This document shows, one piece after another, positions 54,549 to 64,000 of a stretch of DNA of 64,000 bases (positions within the stretch are counted from its first letter, which is position 1; every line of letters begins with the position of its first letter). A model generated the notes under the pieces. The model searched no databases. It was not told the DNA's origin and saw only the letters and a list, made by a program, of their open reading frames with translations. The position numbers were made by a program, and so were the translations under genes. Location: NCBI GenBank assembly GCA_951406725.2, contig OX597814.1, positions 160,084,001-160,148,000 of the forward strand. The letters are read 5' to 3'. The stretch comes from Octopus vulgaris. Lineage: Eukaryota.

Positions 54549-56097
54549 TGGGTCATGGCATATTCATGCCTTTCAAGAATCATTGCTTGTTCCTCTATTT
54601 ATTTCAATCTCTTGCAGCATCATCCAGGTCTTTCTCGCTCTACACGTTCAATCTCTTCTTTATCCAGTCGAACATCTTCATTCTCTGCCTTCCTTTCGCT
54701 CGCCTTCCCACCCGCTTAGTCTCCACCATGTAACGCTCCATTCCGTCATCCTTTCTGAGAAAATGACCCACAAATCTCCACTGTCTCTCTCAAGTAGTAT
54801 CCGTCAACTGTCTTTTCAGTTTTATCTTCTTCAACACTTCCACATACGTCACCCACTGTACCCACAAGATTCTAAGCATTTTTCTATAAAACCATATTTC
54901 TGCAGGTTTGAGTCTCTTCTCCATGACTTTGCACCGACCAGATCTAGCACTTCAATAGTCTTTTCTTGACTTCCATTCCACTTCACTTCGCACAAAAAAA
55001 TGCTCCTCATATCCATAAAAGTCTTCTTTGATAATCCAATTCTGCACTTGATGTCCTTATCTGACCTTCCATCTGATGCTATCCAACTTCCCAGATATCA
55101 GAAACTGTCCTTCTGCTCTATCCCAGTTCCATTCACCGTCAAGCAATATGCGGGTACCTGTGCTTTCTTGGTACAGACCATTGAGAAGGTTTTCTGGCAG
55201 TTAATCGTCAATCCGAGCTTTCCATTCTCCTCAGTCACGATATTAATCAATCCCTGAAGCTTCTCTTTTGTGTCCACAAACAAAGCCGTATCGTCTGCGT
55301 ACCTGAGATTATTATAATTCCTTTCCCCCAGTTGTAGCCCTGATCTTGCTTAGAGCTTTCTCACTATAGGTTGAATAAATCAGGTAACAAAATACAACCC
55401 TGCCGGACGCCTTTCTGAATGTCAGTCCAGCCGCCCAGTTCTCTATGCACTCTGATGGCTGCTTTCTGATCCCAATACAAATTTAGAATCATTCTTAGGT
55501 CTTTCCCATCAATCTCGAGTTCTTCCAACATTCTCACAAACTTTTCGAGCTTGATACAATCAAATGCATTCACATAGTCAATAAAACAGATGTACAAGTC
55601 TTTTTGTTACTCTATACACTTTTCCACTGACGTCCTCAAGCACAGAATTGCATTTCTCGTCTCCTTTCCTGTTCGATAGTCGAGCTGTTCATCTGATAGG
55701 TTTCCCCTAATAGTAGTTTTCATTCGATTCAACTCCACACTCAAAATAATGTTTGTCATATGACTCATTAGGCTTATCGTTCAGTGATTTTTGCACTCGA
55801 TTAATCCGGACTTTTTAGGCAAGGTGATGAAGATTGATTCCAGCATTTCTTCAGGAACATCCCCCGAATTGCAAGCATTGTTCGCTATCTCTGTTATTTT
55901 TCTACTCCCAAACTCCCCAAAGCATTTACTAGTTCAAACGAGATGTTATTATTTCCCGTCACCTTTCCACTTTTCATCTTGTCCAAAGTCTGCTTGATTT
56001 CAGCTGCTGCAATCATATGGCCATCCATCGGCTTGCTTATCTATGGTTTTTCTTTCCTTCTATCATCAGCGTAAAGACTTTTGATGTAATCAGTCCA
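54549..56097 (-). mobile_element. RTE (BovB-like) LINE fragment, RT domain to 3' end, ending in a (GA)n tract at 54458-54548
   Basis: YICFIDYVNAFD, KGVRQGCILLPDLFNL and NNLRYADDTAL (YADD at ~55291-55302) motifs, with frameshifts and stops. Confidence 0.92.
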
Positions 56098-56108
56098 GGC
56101 CAGTTTAT

Positions 56109-56169
56109 GGGGTAACTCTGGGTTTCCCATCCATAAAGAGTTTAACTTTATGCCGTATCATCAGACCCC
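56109..56169 (-). ncRNA. Mirror hammerhead candidate on the minus strand
   Basis: Minus strand reads GGGGT CTGATGA TACGG CATAAAG ttaaact CTTTATG GATGG GAAA CCCAGAG TT ACCCC. Confidence 0.55.
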
Positions 56170-56184
56170 AAGACCAGTCGGCCT

Positions 56185-56245
56185 GGGGTCTGACGATACG
56201 CCATAAAGTTAAACCCTTTTTTGGACTGGAAACCCAGGTAACCCC
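56185..56245 (+). ncRNA. Type I hammerhead ribozyme candidate
   Basis: Stem I GGGGT(56185-89)/ACCCC(56241-45); CTGACGA 56190-96; stem II around CCATAAAG/CTTTTTTGG; GAAA 56229-32; helix III CC-CA-GG; GTA triplet 56238-40. The base of stem II is non-canonical. Confidence 0.65.
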
Positions 56246-57419
56246 ATAAACCGGCCCCAACCCGGTGCCTGTAGATTGTGAAATGATCTTAATCATACAT
56301 CTATACTGCATCTCCCCTACAAATTCCACTCTTTGTTGCGATGTTTTACCTAGTGTACATCAACAATCCTGAGAATATGCCAGTGGAGTGCAAGATCCTT
56401 GTACGGCCTCCCATGCTCGACAAAGTGAAACGATGGACGCCACACTAGTATGGATAATTTGGACTATTTCTTCCCAAAGTTAAAATGAGTTTGCGTTGAG
56501 CTGATGCTCCTGTACAGCAAAAAAATGAATTAGCCAAGTTGCAGAAGAATCGGTGAAAATTCAAAACCAAAACCTTAACAAGGAGCAAAAAAGATAACCC
56601 AGAGTTAAAACCGGTGGGGAAATGTCGTCGATGGCCTATGCTGCAAAGAGAGTGAGGAGCTTAAATAAAAGTATGCCCCATCAGTTAGAAGCTAAGTAAG
56701 AAAGCGTATCACTCTCGCCACCCTCCAGTGCAACGTCTTTTCCATTTTGTCTTCTGGGACCATGAGACGGTCTGAATTACAGGGAATTCGCGTCCACTCC
56801 TTAATGTAAAGTTACTCCATACAATATATTAGTACCGCAAGAAAAGTGCTTAATAACAGAGTAATTTAAATTTTAAAATGGATTCACGTAAAAAAAAATG
56901 CATGCGTGTGACAGCATTTTTTAACCCTTCGTGTTTGCACTAGCCTATGAGGGGGAAGGCATCTATGCTGTCGCTTAACCTGCAACATATAGCAGTAAAA
57001 TCTTTCTTAAATTACACCCTACTATCTTAAAAAGGAAAAAACTCATCGGTTTTGTGAAATATGAGATACAAGGCCGGAATTGCCACGGTTTGAATGCCTT
57101 TGACTACAGATTTCTTCTGTTCAGAGTTGACCTGAACTAAACACAACGCAATGTACAACTTCTGTGATTACATCTATTTGAATTTGATGTAAAGTTTGTG
57201 GGGGTAAATTCGACTCTAAGCTAAAAATATTTAAATTCAAGATGACATATGTACTTTTCGCCAGAAAATTAATCTTCCATTGAACTAAAATCATTGCTAT
57301 TGTTTAGACCTAGATCAGTTCTCTAACCCAGCTGCCTAAAAGTATTCCAGCTGTAATAACTCCAGCTTTTCAGTATATCTAGGGCTACAATAGGCAATAT
57401 GTTCCTTTATATATATATA

Positions 57420-57850
57420 TATCCAGGCCAATTCCCATTTTTAGGAGGGGGTAGCTACAAGACACACACCAGGCATTCCATTCATTGCCCACCTCAAAGA
57501 GGCAAGCCTCGTTCTATGCTCGGACAAGGTATAGAACGCAACCCCCAATATCAGTTGCGGGGCCCGACAGCATGTGCTGGTTTACCTCCGCCGCATCATG
57601 TTGCTTCCGTACACCTTTGAGCAACATCAAATTCACTTATCTGTCCACAAACACTCTCCAAGATTTCCTATCATTTATAAATTCTCTTGCTTTTCTCACT
57701 CCAACACCTTTAACCGCCAAAGCTTTCCTCACTCCATACACCCACACAAACCGAGGTCTGCCTCTGGTTTTGCTGGCTGCCACTTCTGCCTTCATCACGC
57801 TCCTTACCATCCGCTCTACATCCATCCGCTCCATGTGGCCAAATATTCCT
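57420..57850 (-). mobile_element. RTE-clade LINE 3' fragment
   Basis: FGHMERMDVERMVRSVM...RGRPRFVW...V...DRKSWR, the canonical RTE ORF end, followed by a putative 3' UTR. Confidence 0.85.
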
Positions 57851-57974
57851 ATTTGTTTAAAATAGCAGAAGTTAAACATACACGGCACGACTAAAACTGA
57901 GGTAAGGTGAAACAGTTATACAAAACGAGAGGCATGTAACTAGACAAAAACATAGACGTAAAGACACAGAAGCA

Positions 57975-59365
<1,391 letters not shown>

Positions 59366-59719
59366 ATTCATTAAGGCGTGCATACAAAGGAAGTGAAATG
59401 GCAGGGTTGTGGAGATTAGTTGCTTCCTTTGCAGATCGTTTGTTCGTGTCTCAATGCTCTGAGATCGAATCACACCAATATCAACTAGATTTTTCATACC
59501 TTCGTGATCGATGCAAAAAAGTATCTGTCTAGCATTGTGGAGTGGTGGTAGTTAGACCAGATGCATTGCAATGTCTGTTTTTACTGTTGTGTAGTGACGA
59601 CAGTACCAGCTTTGATACTGATGCACAACTGTAAGGCTTCCAAAATGGTCGTCTTTCCTTTGTATAACACTATTGGTGTTATCTAAGAACGTCGAGGACT
59701 TTTATATAAAGACAACTAA

Positions 59720-59950
59720 GGCGGCGAGCTGGCAGAAACGTTGGCACGCCGGGCGAAATGCGTAGCCATATTTCGTCTGCCGTTACGTTCTGAGTTCAAA
59801 TTCCGCCGAGGTCGACCTTGCCTTTCATCCTTTCGGGGTCGATAAATTAAGTACCAGTCACACACTGGGGTCGATGTAATCGACTTAATTCGTTTGTCTG
59901 TCCTTGTTTGTCCTCTCTGTGTTTAGCCCATTGTGGGTAGTAAAGAAATA
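59720..59950 (+). mobile_element. SINE A, young full monomer
   Basis: Near-identical to the copies at 1150, 32330 and 63691. Confidence 0.92.
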
Positions 59951-60495
59951 TATATAAGCGCAATTGCCAGGCTTCTACAAAAATGTGTGTATATATGCAA
60001 ATAAGCATACACATTGTTAATTGTGTATGTATGTGTGTGCGTGAATATATACATATTGTATGTATGTTCCAAGTTGTAGACCATGAAATTACGCCTATGT
60101 CGGAGAAATTTTACATACAGGCACATCTCATGAAGGAATTCATAGGCCAGGGGACTTTTTCTAGTACCTCCTAGTAAAACACCAAGTCATGCTGTCCACG
60201 GCTGCCAGTGTGTGTGTTTGTGTGTGTATATGGGTGTGCGCGTGCACGCATATATGTGCAGAACACACAAATACACAAACACACTCACAAATACACATAC
60301 GCACACACATATATAATGTATGTGTGTACATATATCATATATGTGCATGTATGTAATTAACCGTATAATATAATTGTTTCATAGACCTTGGACATTTTTT
60401 TTAAGTTCGCTTGCCACTGGCTTAAATTATTATTAATTAATAATATTAATTTCTACCCTCAATATTTAACTTTATATATATATATATATATTTAA

Positions 60496-60550
<55 letters not shown>

Positions 60551-60706
60551 TACAGTTCTATATTAAAGAGATGAGGAATTATGTACATGATTTACATTCG
60601 ACGGATATTTGTCCTCAACGTTTCGGCTGAGATGCCCTACAGCCTTCTTCAGGTGTCTTGGGGAAATTTCGAACCTGGGTTCTCATTGGTAAGGTATTTT
60701 TCGATG
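60551..60706 (-). mobile_element. Penelope-pLTR-like segment with a minimal hammerhead core (stem I 3' strand damaged)
   Basis: Minus strand reads ACAC CTGAAGA A GGCTG tagggcatct CAGCC GAAA CG TT gagg (60656-60613); the end abuts (TA)n. Confidence 0.65.
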
Positions 60707-60742
60707 TTGTTGTTATTATTATTATCATCATTATTATTATTA

Positions 60743-60810
<68 letters not shown>

Positions 60811-61066
60811 GAGTGAGAGAGCAGTTCATGCCATCAAAGTGACACTGGGGTAAAATATACGAAGCCCAATATACCCATCATGACTACCCGTCTGATAAGG
60901 GTACACTAGGCACATGCATCACAACCATATGTGCGCGACATGGTGATCTCATATCAAGATAAACAGCACATGACCTTGCAGGTGGGGCCCAGTTAGAATT
61001 TTCTTCAGGTTGAGTAGCCCATCCCGCTCAAAAGGTCCATGAATAAGCGTTGTTCAAGGATGTTGA

Positions 61067-61067
<1 letters not shown>
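60811..61067 (-). mobile_element. 5'-truncated copy of the (TAA)n-embedded element
   Basis: Matches the 3' ~257 nt of 6569-7124; (TTA)n on both sides. Confidence 0.9.
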
Positions 61068-61141
<74 letters not shown>

Positions 61142-61166
61142 TATTATTATTATTATTATTATTATT

Positions 61167-62520
61167 CTATGTTTGACTTTTGCTTTATATTTGTACAAGT
61201 TGGCTCCAAGTCTTACCCAGAGACCCCAAGAGACAACAGGGTTGGAAGTTCATGTTGTTGTTATGCCTAGTGTGTCATATATTTGGGCGGGGGGTGTTGT
61301 ACTAATGAATGTCTAAAAAAAGTTTTTTTTTTTTTTTTTTTTGTAAACCGAGAATTATGTTTGTTTTAAACCTTGAGATTACATAGAAAGTATTTTGCGT
61401 AGGATATGAGCAGTTCCCATGAGCACTATCTTTTGAATTTCTGCCATTTTTGGGTTTCCTGGTATCTGAGTTAGGTAGCTATCAGCCCCTTTTGCTATCA
61501 TTCCCAGGGCACCTATGACAACAGGTATTGTTTTAGTCTTCAGGTTCCACATTTTGCTGATTTCTGTTTGAAGATCTTTATATTTGCTCAGTTTTTGGTA
61601 GGTCTTGACAGATACGTTTATATCGATTGGGACAGTCATATCAATGAGGAGGCATGTTCTTTGTTTGAAGTCTTTCAATATGATGTCTGGCCTATTTGCA
61701 TCTATCTTTCTGTCAGTTTGAATGGTGAAGTTCCAGAGGAGTGAGATGTGGTCATTTTCAAGCACTGGGGGTGGTTTGTGTTCCCACCAGTTTTTTTCAT
61801 GGGGCAAATCCAGGTTTTTGCAGATTACCCAGTGAATATATTGTGCAGCTCTATCGTGCCTGTTGAGATACTCTGTAGGCGCTAGAAGACTGCACTTGGA
61901 GACCACATGGTCAATGGTTTCATTTTGTTGCTTGCATACACGACACGTTGGACTGCTTCTGATCTTTAATATGTTGGCCTGGTAGTTTCTTGTTGATAGG
62001 CATTGATCTTGAGCTGCTATGATAAACCACTCTGTTTCAGATTTTAAGCCAGAGGCCATTAGCCATTGATGGGTCAGGGCTTTGTCAACATCTGCATTAT
62101 TTGCTCTCTTTGGGTATTTGCCATAGAGAGGTTTTTCTTGCCATTTATCATTCAGAATATCTAAGGCCGCAGATTTAGCACTGGTTTTCATGCGCTTAGC
62201 TTTTTCTGTGCCTGTTTCTTGTATGTCTATCTCTAATTCCGAAATTTGTTGTATTCGGAATTCACTTAGATATTCCTTTGCCTGTTTTGTTACTGAGTAT
62301 GATGCTTTCTTGTTTTCATGTTTTGAGACAAGTTTTAACATCCAGTCCTCAGAGTTTTTCAGGTAGGTGTCTAGGCCAATTGTAGCAATCTTCATTGTTA
62401 TTGCCAGTTGTAAAAGTCCACGGCCTCCCTCTTTTCTTGGCAGATAAAGTCGTTCTGTATCTGCCTTAGGGTGGTGCATTCTATGCATTGTCAACAGTTT
62501 TCGTATTTTCGTATTTTTTC

Positions 62521-62523
<3 letters not shown>
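61167..62523 (-). mobile_element. 5'-truncated R4/Dong-type non-LTR retrotransposon inserted in (TAA)n
   Basis: Intact 371-codon frame plus a ~210-nt 3' UTR; perfect (TTA)n tracts at ~61070-61166 and 62524-62606 on either side. Confidence 0.93.
61379..62494 (-). CDS. C-terminal part of a retrotransposon ORF: post-RT region, CCHC knuckle and restriction-like endonuclease (RT core absent)
   Basis: RLYLPRKEGGRGL, CRVC..ETIDHVVSKC, RHD, RPDII..LIDMTVP, KLSKYKDL, IPVVIGALG. Confidence 0.88.
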   Translation of the reverse strand: MTMHRMHHPKADTERLYLPRKEGGRGLLQLAITMKIATIGLDTYLKNSEDWMLKLVSKHENKKASYSVTKQAKEYLSEFRIQQISELEIDIQETGTEKAKRMKTSAKSAALDILNDKWQEKPLYGKYPKRANNADVDKALTHQWLMASGLKSETEWFIIAAQDQCLSTRNYQANILKIRSSPTCRVCKQQNETIDHVVSKCSLLAPTEYLNRHDRAAQYIHWVICKNLDLPHEKNWWEHKPPPVLENDHISLLWNFTIQTDRKIDANRPDIILKDFKQRTCLLIDMTVPIDINVSVKTYQKLSKYKDLQTEISKMWNLKTKTIPVVIGALGMIAKGADSYLTQIPGNPKMAEIQKIVLMGTAHILRKILSM

Positions 62524-62606
<83 letters not shown>

Positions 62607-62610
<4 letters not shown>

Positions 62611-62681
62611 CCACTGCTTGGAATCGAACTCGGAATCTTGGGGTTAGTAGCCCGCGCTCTTAACCACTATGCCGTATGCCC
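62607..62681 (-). promoter_or_regulatory. tRNA-derived Pol III-type head (not a functional tRNA)
   Basis: GGGCATACGGCATAGTGGTTAAGAGCGCGGGCTACTAACCCCAAGATTCCGAGTTCGATTCCAAGCAGTGGCCTG: box A- and box B-like motifs, imperfect acceptor and T stems, running directly into (AAT)n. Confidence 0.75.
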
Positions 62682-62798
62682 TGGGCATATGGCAAGAGTG
62701 CGTATAACCACGGCTGGAAGACCTTTCTGCAATGTTTGTACGCCCATTGTCAACACAATGGGGTTAATGTATTTCACACCACCACCACCACCACCACC

Positions 62799-62849
<51 letters not shown>

Positions 62850-63690
62850 GCAACAACAGCACTAATCGTCAAGCCTATGAATTTTGCTCTTGTGTAAAAT
62901 ATATATGTTTCTTTTATAGTCTCGTGATTGCTAGCTTCTCCCACATTTTCCAGTTCGTCGTGATCGATATTTCGACGAGTCTTAAGTCAGTATAAGTTAT
63001 TCTTCACTTCCTTTAAAACTCACTGTGTTACAAGCTATGATACAGCTCGTTAAAGACAAACGGACACGCCCCGTTTAATTTCCGCTTTTATGCAAAACTT
63101 GAGATATTGCTCATGCACCAGATACAAGATGAAGGTCAGAGACATATTGCACAAGGAAAATATTTCTATAAAGTCAGTGATTCAGTAAAATATTTGACTT
63201 TTTATTCGCCACAAGAAGAAAAATGTAATGGCGACTGTTGTGCGTATGTCTGCGAAGAGACCCCTCAATCCATCCGTTCTTTTACATATACATATTTTCA
63301 TTGCATACACACATACATACTTCTGTGTGTGTGTGTATGTGTGTGTGTGTGTGTGTGTGTGCATATGTGTGTGCGTGTGTGTGCATGTGTGTGTGAGCGT
63401 GAGTACATTTATGCATGTATACGTACAGGTACAATGGATTAAATTCCTCATGAGAACAGTTATGTGCCAGTGATTAAGCCAGACAACAGAATACACTACT
63501 AGGGAACCATGTAACCTTATTAAAGTTATGTCTACATATTTTCTATAGAAATTAGAACCAGTGCCTGTTTGTTACCTGTAGCAAATCAGTACTGGCTCTA
63601 ATTTCAATCGAAAATCTGTAGAGACAACTTTAAAGTTAGTTAATAGACTGCTTACACAGGTGAGGCATAATATTGACTTATAAGACAAAA

Positions 63691-64000
63691 GGCGGCGAGC
63701 TGGCAGAAACGTTAGCACACCGGGCGAAATACGTAGCCGTATTTCGTCTGCCGTTACGTTCTGAGTTCAAATTACGCCGAGGTCGACCTTGGCTTTCATC
63801 CGTTCGGGGTCGATTAAATAAGTACCAGTTACGCACTAGGGTCGATATAATCGACTTAATCCGTTTGCTTGTCCTTGTTTGTCCTCTCAGTGTTTAACCC
63901 CTAGTGGGTAGTAAAGAAATAGGTATTTCGTCTGCCGTTACGTTCTGAGTTCAAATTCAGCCGAGGTCGACTTTGCCTTTCATCCTTTCGGGGTCGATAA
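63691..64000 (+). mobile_element. SINE A dimer, runs off the window end
   Basis: Head plus body, with the body restarting at GAAATAGGTATTTCGTC (~63916). Confidence 0.92.

Larger units (their letters stand above)
56098..56256. repeat. Inverted repeat with ~73-bp arms (56098-56170 / 56184-56256), each arm a hammerhead-like motif
   Basis: GGCCAGTTTATGGGG...ATCATCAGACCCCA versus TGGGGTCTGACGAT...CCCCATAAACCGGCC. Confidence 0.93.

Noticed and set aside
62607-62681. Possible tRNA gene
   Set aside because: Acceptor and T stems pair poorly and there is no oligo-T terminator; better explained as a SINE-type head.

Overview
This is eukaryotic, AT-rich, extremely microsatellite-rich DNA with no recognisable intact host gene. 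Almost all ORFs in the supplied track are translations of simple repeats. The SINE families and repeat landscape look like a coleoid cephalopod, most likely an octopus (inference). Contents: (i) at least three tRNA-headed SINE families in many copies; (ii) truncated LINE fragments, including restriction-like-endonuclease R4/Dong-type elements sitting in (TAA)n arrays, plus RTE, CR1 and Tx1/L1-like pieces; (iii) a ~556-bp non-coding element found almost exclusively in (TAA)n arrays; (iv) a Helitron, a Helentron-type element, MITEs and decayed DNA-transposase remnants. The most striking signal is a set of hammerhead-ribozyme (HHR) elements. Two unrelated long palindromes (24917-25337 and 56098-56256) each carry a mirror-image pair of type I hammerheads. 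An apparent tRNA-headed, HHR-bearing element (60551-62702) has its own 5' mirror duplication and has been split by nested insertions into an internal (TAA)n linker. All folds and family assignments were made by eye and need computational and biochemical confirmation.
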